Positions 13,532 to 26,987 of a stretch of 64,000 nt of DNA are shown here, piece by piece. Made by a program: the position numbers and the translations under genes. This DNA is from Octopus sinensis (Eukaryota), in NCBI RefSeq assembly GCF_006345805.1, contig NC_043015.1, positions 26,226,001 to 26,290,000 of the forward strand, in the 5' to 3' direction. The notes below the pieces were generated by a model. That model searched no databases and was not told where the DNA came from. It worked only from the letters and a program-made list of their open reading frames with translations. The number at the start of each line of letters is the position of its first letter. Position 1 is the stretch's first letter.

Positions 13532-14935
13532 CAAATGAAAGACAGACGATAGAATATATATATAGTTTTTATTCTTTAATTATTCATTTAACCCGTAGAT
13601 GCAGCTACATGGATTATATATGACTTTAGTTGCGTACTGTGCAAACAATTACGCATCTATTAATCCATTATTTACTCACACCTATCCTCCATCACACCGA
13701 TACACACATATATGCACACGTATATACGTTTGTGCATCTGTGTATTTTTGTATGCGCACAAATCTGCGTCTAGAAATACGTGGAAAATTGCATAAAAACA
13801 CATATTTCCACATATGCACAGCCATACATACACTACGTACATAAACACATATGCACATGAGGACATACATACATACATACACACACATACATGCATACTT
13901 ACATACACACACATACATGCATACACACATGCATATGTGCATGCATATATACATGTTGGTGTTTAAAACGTGACAAATTTAGTATTTTACAAACATGAAA
14001 TATTTATGAAAAGACAGAAAAGCGTAAATAATAAATGATAAAAATTAATAAGAAGACATTCGACGCAAAATACAAAATACATAACGAAAGCAACTGAAAA
14101 CAAACGCAACAAATGGTGGGAATTGTGATGAAACGTCATCTAATGAGTTAGCAATTATATATTCATTAAAAACATGTGAAAATTAGTCGATGACATCGTA
14201 ATGGCATGTTAATGAGATGTAATGCCGCCGACGACGACGACGATGAAGAGGATGGCAAGGATGGGGAGGATGATAGTCTGCTACTACTAATACCATGAAT
14301 AGTAACAATGGCAACATAAATAATAACAATAACAGCAATAACGGTTTCAAATTTCAGCAGCGGGCCAGCGGTTGTGGAAGGTGGGAAGATAATTGCATTG
14401 ACCCAAGTATCTGGCTGATACCTATTCTATCGGACCCTGGAAGGATGAAAGTCAGCATCAATCTCGACAGAATTTCAATTCAAAATGAAAACATCCTCAA
14501 GGATTGTTGCTAGGAATTTTGCCTGACATGATGACAACTATTCCATTTACTCGAAGTGTAGACTTGTGAGTAGGGGAACATGAATTGGAGAAGGCAGTTA
14601 CCGATCGTTTTCCGGTAATCTTCGATGGGATTTCTTGATAGACGAATCCTTTTCCCACACGCCACAGTAGCTATTCAACCTGATTCCACACGTCACTAAT
14701 GCCTGAACACTAAACTAATGCGCGTTCAAAGCTTTCTTCTCCCTGCGCTCATCTCGGACAAACTCGTGAGATCTTGCAATTCTCTTCCACGTGTAACAAT
14801 CTCTTCTCACTATAAACATTAAATTCGTAAAAATCAGGAACAATTTCGGTGAAATTTAGATGAAACTTCGCGAAGTAGGGTAAAGGACAGACCCGTCATT
14901 TACAGGGTTTCATTTAATCGAATGATCTCATATTA

Positions 14936-15318
14936 TACTCTTTACTCTTTTACTCTTTTACTTGTTGCAGTCATTTGACTGTGGCCATGCTGGAGCACCG
15001 CATTTAGTCTAGCAAATCGACCCCAGGACTTATTCTTTGTAAGCCTAGTACTTATTCTATCGGTCCCTTTTGCCGAACCGCTAAGTTACGGGGACGTAAA
15101 CATACTAGTATCGGTTGTCAAGCGATGTTGGGGGGACAAAACACACACACAAACATATACACACACATACATATATACGACGAGCTTCTTTCAGTTTCCA
15201 TCTACCAAATCCACTCACAAGGCTTTGGTCGGCTCGAGGCTATAGTAGAAGATACTTGCCCAAGGTGCCATGTGGTTGGTAAGCAAGCGACGTACCACAC
15301 AGCCACTTCTACGCCTAT
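14936..15318 (-). mobile_element. tRNA-derived SINE (same family as 62124-62530), B-box region deleted
   Basis: Reverse complement aligns by eye to 62124-62530. (AAAAGAGT)n tail at 14936-14960. Confidence 0.85.
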
Positions 15319-17469
15319 ATTTTACTTCACACTATCAAGAAAATATAAATTGCTTCTGGCAAAATATAGAAGACTTTGGATGATATCAAATGGTAATCCT
15401 TATGGAATTAACTGAACTTCCTTTCAAATTCTTGCTAGTTACGTCTTAGTTTACGATTCCTCTCATGTTATGTCTTTACGCGCAGGTCTCGTATCTCCTT
15501 GCAGCTATGTGCCTGTGCGCTCAGATTTCGTAGCTTCTTACAGTCATGTACCCTTCAACTTGATTTCTTGCTTCTTCGCAATTGAATACTTCATTTTTAC
15601 CGCCTAACAAGTAACGAGACCAAGATATTTATCCTTACTTAGTTTTTTGAAAACTCTTTTCATCTTAAAAAAAGAAGCTTATAAATACCAAAAATCTTGT
15701 CGATTTATAGAGAGTGAAATTGACGTCGACAGAATCCGTTCATAAACCTGGCAGCGTACGTCTGTCTCTTGCTTTGATTGTCCGTCCGCGAAAGGAGATC
15801 ATTCTGCTTCTATTGGAATTATCCTACTTGTTTAGGGTAAAATAACAAAAATCTTAACTGTAATAAAATTTTGTGTGTGATGTAAACGTGAGATAAAACA
15901 TTTACAATTAATTGCTAGTTAAGCAGCATTGCTGCTTGTGGATAACTTATATTTATTACAAATATATACGCGAGGAATTAGTATAATTTAATTTGAATTT
16001 AATAAACTGTTTTATTATGAAGATTACTATCCATGTCACTGTTCCAAATAACCAAGGAAAGTAAAATAACAAAGTAAAATTGTTATTGTGCCTCGAATAT
16101 AAACTGAAATCAGAGTTGCAAAGTGAAGCACCGAATATTCCAAGACACGGAGCTGTTAATATCCTAGTTAAATAAATAGAACTCCTTACCACAAATAATA
16201 TGCAAATGCGGCAGTAAACAATCGACAGGTTGCAGAATACTGTTGCTTAGTCAAACTGCTCTGCGTGTAGAGTCAAATAACATCAACACACGCACTGCTT
16301 ATACAAAAACATAAAAGAAAATATTGGAAAATGTAGTCGTTGGTATGCAAACCCAGAAAGAAATAGAGAAGTATTTTAGCTGCAATATCATTGTTTGTGT
16401 ATTCAGGCAAGGATAAACTAGGCCTGTACAACGAGAATAGCAACAACAACGGTGGCAATAAGAGTAGTAGCAGTAACAACAATAGCAACAACAACAGAGA
16501 GAAAAATATGGTTTTCAAAAGGAAGAATAGTCTGTTATTGTTATCAAAGCAATATTCTACCATTTTGATGAAATCTAGTTGTCAGAATTGTAAGGCAAGT
16601 TGCACGCTTCCGGTGAGGAGGTGTTTTGATTTCCGGTCCAACGTCACAGAGACCGGATTCAAACACATGTTCAAAAGGAAAAATGTACATATAAAAAAAT
16701 ATTACAACAAAATAAAACGTGTTTTCTATAACTTGATGAGTTTTTATAGAATTATATATTTCATCTAAAGAGTTATTGAACTGGTTTCGATTTCCGATAG
16801 ACAAGAGAAATACTTTTCGCTCTAGTTGTTTCAGTATATTACCCCGTCTCACCTGCCCCTATAATTAATACAGCCTCATTCTCTTTAGTTGGAAATTTGT
16901 CTGAGGAGAAACTGAATGATAGTTAACTTGTGTTTGTGTGTATTAGATATAGAGATATGTATATAAGTATGGAAATACATCTGTATTATTACTTCTCTCT
17001 CTCTTTCTCTTTCTTTTTCTCTATTTCTTTCTCTCTCTCTCCCCTTCTCCCTCTCTGTACAATTGAGATAATAGTGAGGGATTATCAATACTGCATAACG
17101 AAAATACTTCATAAGCTCTTTCTTGGAACTCCAGGCTAACAATATTGTTTAGATTAGTGACGAACTCAAAATGTTCTTGTGGCATGTTCCAAGGATACAG
17201 ATCATCACAATTCTGTATAGTAAATCCGTGGTTGAGCTGCAGTAAACTGTTTTTCTTAGTTTTGTCTTTTACACTGAGTGATACATAAGGCAAGGTATAA
17301 ATAATGGTCCTTACATATATTTTTTTTAATAGAGCAATTTGAGTTAAAACTGTTTCCATTAGTCATTATGGGTACGTTGCTGATAGGTTTACTCAAATGA
17401 TGAGTTCAAAAAATGTGAGCAACCTGAAAGAATTAGTGCTACTTTCGTTAGAACCATTTCTGGTTGTTG

Positions 17470-17520
<51 letters not shown>

Positions 17521-17539
17521 TATTATTATTATTATTATT

Positions 17540-17818
17540 AAGACGAAGAGCGAGATTCGATTGTAATAGACGTTTCATTGGTTGAACGATATTGCTTTCC
17601 TCTTTCTCTCTTTTTCTTTTCTTATGAAATTGAAACTTAAAGACTGATGATATTATTTCACCAAAGTGTGGATGCTAGGTTCTCTCATTCATACTTTAAA
17701 TTTAAATTTAAATAATTTTGAATTATTATCACTTCTTATTTTGAACTCAGAGACCTACTGTCGAAATATCGTTCAACCAATAAAATATCTATTACAATCG
17801 AATCGCGCTCATCGTCTT
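17540..17818 (+). mobile_element. ~54-bp terminal inverted repeat element; probable Penelope-like pLTR relic with inverted tail
   Basis: 17540-17593 is the reverse complement of 17765-17818 with few mismatches. A degenerate hammerhead-like fold at 17741-17776 is followed by AATAAA. Confidence 0.55.
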
Positions 17819-17857
17819 GATTTACTATTGTGAAGAGTCACTTCAATCCTTTTAAAA

Positions 17858-17886
17858 TATTATCATTATTATTATTATTATTATTA

Positions 17887-17957
<71 letters not shown>

Positions 17958-18062
17958 ATTGCTATTACTATTAATATTACTATCATCATCATCATCATCA
18001 TCATCAACATCATCATCATCATCATCATCATTATCATTATTATTATTATTATCATCATTATC

Positions 18063-18094
<32 letters not shown>

Positions 18095-18123
18095 TATTGT
18101 TATTATTATTAATATTATTATTA
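17858..18123 (-). repeat. (TAA/TGA)n tail/target microsatellite of element C
   Basis: Directly visible. Confidence 0.95.
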
Positions 18124-21100
18124 TTCTATGTTTGACTTTTGCTTTATGTCTGTACAAGTTGGCTCCAAGTCTCATTCAGAGACCTCAAGAGACAACAGGT
18201 TGGAAGTTCTGTGCCATATATTTGGGTTTTTTTTTCGTGTTATACTAGTGAATGTCTAATACATAAAAATAAAGTTAAAAAATAAAATAAAATAAAATAA
18301 ATAAATAAATAAATAACAAAAAGTTTGTTTTAAACCTTGGGATTACATAGAGAGTATTTTGCGTAGGATATGAGCAGTTCCCATGAGCACTATCTTTTGA
18401 ATTTCTGCCATTTTGGGGTTTCCTGGTAACTGAGTAAGGTAGCAATTAGTCCCTTTCGCTATCATTCCCAGGGCACCTATGAAAACAGGTATTGTTTTAG
18501 TCTTCAGCTTCCACATTTTGCTGATTTCTATTTCAAGATCTTTATATTTGCTCAGTTTTTGGTAGGTCTTGACAGATACGTTTATATCGATTGGGACAGT
18601 CATATCAATGAGGAGGCATGTTCTTTGTCTGAAGCCTTTCAATATGATGTCTGGCCTATTTGCATCTATCTTCCTGTCAGTTTGAATGGTGAAGTTCCAG
18701 AGGAGTGAGATGTGGTCATTTTCAAGCACTGGAGGTGAATTGTGTTCCCAGCAGTTTTTTTCATGGGGCAAATCCAGGTTTTTGCAAATTACCCAGTGAA
18801 TATATTGTGCAGCTCTATCATGCCTGTTGAGGTACTCTGTAGGCGCTAGAAGACTGCATTTGGAGACAACATGATCAATGGTTTCATTTTGTTGTCGGCA
18901 TACACGTTCTTTAATATGTTGGCCTGGTAGTTTCTTGTTGGTAGGCATTGATCTTGAGCTGCTATGATAAACCCCTCTGTTTCAGATTTTAAGCCAGAGG
19001 CCATTAGCCATTGATGGGTCAGGGCTTTGTCAATATCTGCATTATTCGCTATCTTTGGGTATTTGCCATAGAGAGGTTTTTCTTGCCATTTATTATTCAG
19101 AATATCTAAGGCCGCATTTTTGGCACGGGTTTTCATGTGCTTAGCTTTTTCTGTGCTTGTTTCTTGTATGTCTATCTCTAATACCGAAATTGGTTGTATT
19201 CGGAATTCACTTAGATATTCCTTTGCCTGTTTTGTGACTGAGTATGATGCTTTCTTGTTTTCATGTTTTGAGACAAGTTTTAACATCCACTCTTCAGACT
19301 TTTTCAGGTAGGTGTCTAGGCCAATTGTAGCAATCTTCATTGATATTGCCAGTTGTAGAAGACCACGGCCTCCCTCTTTTCTTGGCAGATAGAGTCGTTC
19401 TGTATCTGCCTTAGGGTGGTGCATTCTATGCATTGTCAACAGTTTTCTTATTTTTCTGTCGAGCTGACATATTTCAGTAATTGACCAGTTAACAATATTT
19501 AAACTGTAAGTCACGACTGGTATAGCTAATGCATTGATCGCTTCGATCCTGTTTCTTGCATTCAGCTGTCTTGAGTAGTGCTCTCACTCTTCGATAGCAT
19601 TCTCTCCTGATGCTTTCCTTCATCTCTGAATGCCTTATTCCGTTCCCTTCGATTACCCCTAGGTACTTGTAGCTCTCCGCTGGGTCTAGTTCTTTTATGA
19701 CATTCTGCTGGTCAAGGTTAACGTTAGATGTTTCTGTCATTTTCTCCTTTGATAAAGGTAGCTTTTGCACATTTATCGCGGCTGAATTGCATTCTGATGT
19801 CGTCAGTGAATTGTTTGACTATCGCTAGTAAACCCTTGAGTTGTTGGTCATTTTTTGCAAAAAGCTTTAAATCATCCATGTAAATGAGATGATTTATATT
19901 TTTATCAAACATTTTATACCCATACTGCGCATCATTGAGCAGATTTGAGAAAGGTATTAAGGATAAACAAAAGAGGAGTGGTGACAGTGAGTCACCCTGG
20001 AAAATGCCACACGAAATTTTTACATCACCAGCATTTAGGGATTCATTGTCACTGTTCAGAGTTAGTGTGGTTCTCCATGATCTCATACTTACAGTCAAGA
20101 AGTTTCGCAGAGTAGGTGCTATCTTATACATTTCCAAGCATTTCCCAATCCAGCTATGTGGTAGGCAATCAAAAGCCTTTTTATAGTCTATCCAGGCTAT
20201 TGATAAGTTTTTGTGTCGTTTGTGACAATCTTCTAAGATCATCTTATTGATGAGTAGTTGGTCTTTACAGCCGTAGGATCCACGTTTACATCCTCTCTGT
20301 TCATTAGGGAATATGCTGTTGTCTGTTAAAATACTATAGGTATATTCCGTCAGGACAGATAATACCGTTTTGTACATAGTTGTTAAGTAGGTTATGGGTC
20401 TATAGTTTTTTGGTTCATTTGTTTCTTGGTGTTATTTTTGAACATGTTGTTGTCCTTGAAAAATCTAACACGCTTTTCATACCTCACTATGCTGGCAACT
20501 TTGGCAGATACCTTTTGTTTGATGGTTTCTATGGTGGCATCAATATCAAGTATAGTTTTCATATTGTATTTTTTCAGTAATTTTTGGGTTTTTGTAGGTT
20601 TGGTAGTCTTGTTAGCCTTAAGGTTTTTCAAATATTCAATGTCAGATCTAAATATTTTAATTTGTTGTTGCAAATGCTCTTGCCAAGAAGGCTTTTTGTG
20701 GGAATGTTGCCGTTTTCTAATCTTCACACCACATAGGTTCGTTGAGATTTTCGCGGATGTATAATATAGGTGGTTGAGGTTTGTGATATCAACATCATTA
20801 GCTGAAATTATATCCTTAAGTGCAAGCCGGATTTTACCAATTATTTTCATGTTTAGGTTAGAGTTAAGGATTTTAGGAAGTGTATCACGTTCATCCCTGC
20901 TGGTTTCTTTAATTTTCAGCCATTCAATCATGATTTGATTTTTTAGCTCATGTAGTTCTGTTGGGTCAATATTTGTGTGACTTTCTTTATCTATTTGATG
21001 CTCATCTGTCTTAGTGTTTATGATTGGTTCAGGGAGTATTTCACTTTGCCTATCACTTATATTAACTCTTTCAATCCTCACTTCGTTTTTATCAGCCCTG

Positions 21101-21841
21101 GGCTGGTCTATAATTATTTCCTCTATATTATCTTCTCTAGCTGCAGCTTCGTTCATTTTATCCGATATTGCTTGTCTAACTTGATCAATCTCTACTTCAG
21201 TCAGTAATTTGTTTTTTATAATGTTTCTTCTGACGTTGGCAAGTTTGTTACTGTCTATGTAGGGTCTTACTTTAGGGTGTTTCTGTCTCCAGTTTAAGTA
21301 TGCTTGTACAGTGCTAGATTTATCTGTGGGGAAATATATGGCATGGTAGAAGGCCTCAAGAACTTCTTTATTATCTTCCCTAGAGCATTTTCCTTCTTTT
21401 TCTTTTGATTATTTGGTGATGAGCATGGATGGCCATCTGTTGGAATATTCCGGTTGTGGGGTACGTCCAGCTCCTGTGTGTTGGGAATATTTGATCCAGT
21501 AGCTGATTTTTCAATCAGAATTTGGTTCAGTTTTCGGGTACGTGGTCTTTTGTAATCCGCGGAATGACCAATGAGGTTTATTGTTTGATTTGTTGGCCTT
21601 GAAGCATGACGAGCTTCCATTCTTATGGATCTGTCAGTTTAGGGTTCACTACATGTAAGTATTGCTCATAGCGCCGCTTCTTAAGACTAGCAGATCTATA
21701 TTCGTCTGTATTTGTTTTGTTGATAGTTTTATCTCCGAACATTTTTTTTCCCTCTTCCTTTCTTCAAGGCTCACTCTGCCTGTATTAGTTCGAAATACGG
21801 AGAAGGAAAAGAAAAAAAGTGAAAAAGACGGGATCTGTCAG
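18124..21841 (-). mobile_element. R4/Dong-clade retrotransposon copy C (both ends present, decayed)
   Basis: Minus-strand ORFs 20392-21156, 19724-20377 (DYKKAFD, QGDSLSP, YMDD), 18846-19514 and 18343-18948 (RHD, RPDI, KYKDL). Shares the ~5315 deletion with copy B. Confidence 0.92.
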
Positions 21842-22012
21842 TTATTATTGTTATTACTATCACCTTCACCACCATCACCATCATCAGCAACATCACCATC
21901 ACCATCATCATCATCAATGACATTGTTTTATGTGTAGCCACAGCCACTATCAACACTCCTACTGTCATTGTGTGGGAGAATCGTTGGTTAAAGAATTCAT
22001 GTTCTTTGGGTC

Positions 22013-22020
22013 TATAAATA
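22013..22020 (+). promoter_or_regulatory. candidate TATA box in conserved spacer module (mirror copy 3721-3728 on -, paralog 28471-28478 on +)
   Basis: ggtcTATAAATAgattc.gc.gatggtggaga is conserved between otherwise diverged spacer paralogs. The 28471 copy has TCAG ~30 nt downstream. Confidence 0.3.
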
Positions 22021-22623
22021 GATTCGGCCGATGGTGGAGACAAAGGACGTTAATGGTCAGTAAAAGGTCAAGCCTGTTTACATTTATTTATTATTTTTTT
22101 TTTCTTTCTCTTTTCTTCCTCTCCACAAACATATGTATATGTATACTCACTCACATACTATCTGATATTTACGTCGATGATTTTTTTTAATAAAAAACTT
22201 TCTGAGTTCAATGTTATGTATAAATTTTTTAAATTTCTGAATTTAGTTGTATGTATATATTAGTAGGTGCTGAATTCCATAACTTTTTATCGTGCATTTA
22301 ATTGTATTGTTACAATAAAAGGTAATTTAAAAGGCAATTTTACACATTCTTATAGTTATGAGAGACGACTAAATGTAAATGTTCACACAGAATTGGAGAT
22401 ATTTATGTTTCTAATTTTCTTGTTAGGTGTACGTTTGTATGAGCTGTAGATATGTAAGTTTTTAAACTTATTTTGAGGGAAATTCAAATTACTCACAGAA
22501 AACAGTAGATCTTCCAGTTTTCTACAGTTGTTTTTTTTTTTCAGTTGCCCTGCTGGGTTCGTTGTTGCCAGTTCAGAGCATCGTAAAAATACGTCCATCC
22601 TCTGTCACGTCCAGCCGCCTTCC

Positions 22624-22675
<52 letters not shown>

Positions 22676-22721
22676 GTTATTGTTATTGTTATTGTTGTTG
22701 TTGTTATTATTATTATGATTA

Positions 22722-25700
22722 TTCCATGTTTGACTTTTGCTTTATATTTGTACAAGTTGGCTCCAAGTCTCACCCAGAGACCTCAAGAAACTACAGGTTG
22801 GAAGTTCCTGATGTTGTTATACCTAGTGTGCCATATATTTGGTTTTGTATTTAGTGTTGTACTAATGAATGTCTGAAAAAAACCCAACAAAATTATGTTT
22901 GTTTTAAAACTTGAGATTACATAGTAAATATTTTGCGTAGGATATGAGCAGTTCCCATGAGCACTATCTTTTGAATTTCTGCCATTTTGGGGTTTCCTGG
23001 TATCTGAGTTAGGTAGCAATCAGCCCCTTTTCCTATCATTCCCAGAACACCTATGACAACAGGTATTGTTTTAGTCTTCAGGTTCCACATTTTGCTGATT
23101 TCTATTTCATGATCTTTATATTTGCTCAGTTTTTGGTAGGTCTTGACAGATACGTTTATATCGATTGGGACAGTCATATCAATGAGGATGCATGTTCTTT
23201 GTTTGAAGTCTTTCAATATGATGTCTGGTCTATTTGCATCTATCTTTCTGTCAGTTTGAATGGGGAAGTTCCTGAGGAGTGAGATGTGGTCATTTTCAAG
23301 CACTGGAGGTGGATTGTGTTCCCACCAGTATTTTCATGGGGCAAATCCAGGTTTGTGCAGATTACCGGTGAATATATTGTGCAGCTCTATCATGCCTGTT
23401 GAGATACTCTGATACTCTGTAGGCGCTAGAAGCCTGCACTTGGAAACAACATGATCAATGGTTACATTTTGTTGTTGACATACATGACATGTTGGGCTAC
23501 TGCCGTTCTTTAATATGTTGGCCTGGTAGTTCCTTATTGGTAGGCATTGATCTTGAGCTGCTATGATAAACCCTTCTGTTTCAGATTTTAAATCAGAGGC
23601 CATTAGCCATTGATGGGTCAGGGCTTTGTCAACATCTGCATTATTCGCACTCTTTCGGTATATGCCATAGAGAGTTTTTTCTCGCCATTTATCATTCAGA
23701 ATATCTAAGGCAGCAGTTTTAGCACGGGTTTTCATGCGCTTAGCTTGTTTCTTGTATGTCTAATTCCGAAATTTGTTGTATTCGGAATTCACTTAGATAT
23801 TTCTTTTGCCTATTTTGCTACTGAGTATGATGCTTTCTTGTTTTCATGTTTTGAGACAAGTTTTAACATCCAGTCCTCAGACTTTTTCAGGTAGGTGTCT
23901 AGGCCAATTGTAGCAATCTTCATTGTTATTGCCAGTTGTAGAAGACCACGCCCTCCCTCTTTTCTTGGCAGATGAAGTCGTTCTGTATCTGCCTTAGGGT
24001 GGTGCATTCTATGCATTGTCAACAGTTTTCTTATTTATCTGTCGAGCTGACATATTTCAGTAATTGACCAGTTAACGATATTGAAACTGTAAATCACGAC
24101 TGGTATGGCTAATGTATTGATCGCTTCGATTCTGTTTCTTGCATTCAGCTCTGTCTTGAGTATTGCTCTTATTCTGCGATAACATTCTCACCTGAACCTT
24201 TCCTTCATTACTGAATGCCTTATTCCGTTCCCGTCAATTACCCCTAGGTACTTGTAACTCTCCGCTGGGTCTAGTTCTTTTATGACATTCTGCTGGTCAA
24301 GGTTAAAGTTAGATGTTTCTGTCATTTTTCCTTTGATAAAAGTAGCTTTTGCACATTTATCGAGGCCGAATTGCATTCTCATGTTGTCACTGAATTGTGT
24401 AACAATTGCTAGTAAGCCCTTGAGTTGTTGGTTATTTTTTGCAAAGAGCTTTAAATCATCCATGTAAATGAGATGATTTATATTTTTATCAAACATTTTA
24501 TACCCGTACTGCGCGTCATTGAGCAATTTTGAGAGAGGTATTAAGGCTAAACAAAAGAGGAGTGGTGACAGTGAGTCACCCTGGAAAATGCCACATGAAA
24601 TTTTTATATCACCAGCATTTAGAGATTCATTGTCATTGTTCAAAGTTAGTGTGGTTCTCCATGATCTCATACTTACAGACAAAAAGTTTCGCAGTCTATC
24701 CAGGCTATTGACAAGTTTTTGTGTCGTTTGTGACAATCTTCTAAGATCATCTTATTGATGAGTAGTTGATCTTTACAACCATAGGATCCACGTTTACATC
24801 CTTTCTGTTCATTAGGGAATATGCTGCTGTCTGTTAAAAAAACTATAGGTATATTCCGTCAGGACAGATGTTAGCGTTTTATACATAGTTGTTAAGCAGG
24901 TTATGGGTCTATAGTTTTTTGGTTCATTTGTTTTTTCACTTTTTGGAAGCAGGAATGTTAACCCATTAACTAACCAGGGAGGCATCCTACTAGGGTGTTG
25001 CAAATCATCATTGTAAAGTTCTGTTAGCAGTTCATGGCTCTCTGGGAAGGCATTCAGCCAGAAGTTAGGAATTTTATCCTTTCCTGGAGATCTCCATTTG
25101 CTTGACCTCCTGAGAGCAGATCTTATATCTTCTACCTTGACACCCTCCCACTTTTGCTCTTCTAAGGGGTTCAGTTCTGTAGATATTCTATCAATCCAGG
25201 GGGCCTTTTCGTTGTGTGTTTTTTCCTCTTGCCCAGATTTTATTCCAAAATCCCTGCACTTCTTTTGATGGTACGGACTTTACAGTAACTGGTGTTTTCC
25301 CTATCTTCCTGTAAAAATTCTTGGGGTTATTTTTGAACATGTTGTTGTCCTTGAAAAATCTAACACGCTTTTCATACCTCGCTATGTGGGCAGCTTTGGC
25401 AGATACCTTTTGTTTGATGGTTTCTATGGTGGCATCAATATCAAGTATAGTTTTCATATATTTTTTCATTAATTTTTGGTTGTTTGTAGGTTTGGTTGTC
25501 TTATCAACCTTAAGGTGTTTCAGATATTCAATGTCAGACCTAAATAGTTTAATTTGTTGTTGCAAACGCTCTTGCCAAGATTGCCTTTTGTGGGAATGTT
25601 GCCGTTTTCTAATCTTTTCACCAAATAGGATCGTTGAGATTTTCGCGGATGCGTAGTACAGGTGGTTGGGATATGTGATATCAACATCATTAGCTGAAAT

Positions 25701-26907
25701 TATATCCTTAAGTGAAAGGCGGATTTTATGAATTATTTTCATGTTTTGGTTAGAGCTGCGGATTTTAGGGTGTGTATCGCGTTCATCCATACTGGTTTCT
25801 TTAATTTTCAGCCATTCAACCATGATTTGATTTTTTAGCTCTTGTAGTTCTGTTGAGTCAATATTTGTGTGACTTTCTTCATCTGTTTGATGTTCATCTG
25901 TCTTACTGTATATGATTAGTTCAGGGAGTATTTCACTTTGCCTATCACTTATACTAACTCTTTCAATCCTTACTGCGTTTTTATCAGCCCTGGGCTGCTC
26001 TATAATTATTTCCTCTATATTATCTTCTCTAGCTGCAGCTTCGTTCATTTTATCCGTTACTGCTTGTCTAATTTGGTCAATCTCTACTTCAGTCAGTAAT
26101 TTTTTTTTATAATGTTTCTTGTGACGTTGGCAAGTTTGTTACTGTCTTGCTTCAGGGTGTTTCTGTCTCCAGTTTAAGTATGTTTGTACAGTGTTAGGTT
26201 TATCTGTGGGGAAATATATGGCATGGTAGAAGTGAGGGATTATCAATACTGCATAAGGAAAATACTTCATAAGCTCTTTCTTGGAACTCTAGGCTAACAA
26301 TATTGTTTAGATTAGTGACGAACTCAAAATGTTCTTGCGGCATGTTCCAAGGCTACAGATCATCACAATTCTGTATAGTAAATCCGTGGTTTAGCTATTA
26401 TTATTATTTTTGGATATTTTTGTATTATTTCAGGGTGTTTCTGTCTCCAGTTTAAGTATGTTTGTACAGTGTTAGATTTATCTGTAGGGAAATATATGGC
26501 ATGGTAGAAGGCCGCAAGAACTTCTTTATAATCTTCCCTAGACCATTTTTCTTTCTTTCTCTTTTGACTATTTGTTGACGGGCATGGACGGCTATCTGTT
26601 GGAATATTCTGGTTGTGGGGTACGTCCAGCTCCAGTTTGTCGGGAAGATTTGAACCAGTAGCTGATTTTTCAATCAGAATTGGGTTCAATTCGGGTACGT
26701 GGTCTTTTGTAATCCGCTCGATGACCATTGCGATTTGTAATTTGTTTTGTTAACAGTGAGGCATGACGAGCTTCGACTCTTACATTAGGAGACGGATCTG
26801 TCAGTTTAGGGTTCTCTGCATGTAAATATTGTTCGTAGCGCAGCTTCTTAAGACTAGCAGATCTGTATTCGTCTGTATTTTTTTGTTGAAAAAAAAGGAT
26901 CTATCAG
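22722..26907 (-). mobile_element. R4/Dong-clade retrotransposon copy D (both ends present, decayed, with internal insertion)
   Basis: N-terminal RKKEKWSREDYKEVLAAFY (26363-26728) and ORF 25191-26048. The RT/RLE part mirrors copy A. The 5' end ctgatagatcc follows (TAA)n, and the (TAA)n tail is at 22624-22721. Confidence 0.92.
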
Positions 26908-26923
26908 TTATTATTATTATTAA

Positions 26924-26984
<61 letters not shown>

Positions 26985-26987
26985 TTT

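Noticed and set aside
14560-15600. Possible decayed pogo-like transposase on the minus strand (MKYSIAKKQEI...)
   Set aside because: Too many stops and no catalytic motif or TIR pair that I can verify by eye.
17021-17359. 112-aa minus-strand ORF or C/D snoRNA (TGATGA) in the donor of the 160-bp insertion
   Set aside because: No recognisable domain and no suitably placed CTGA D box.
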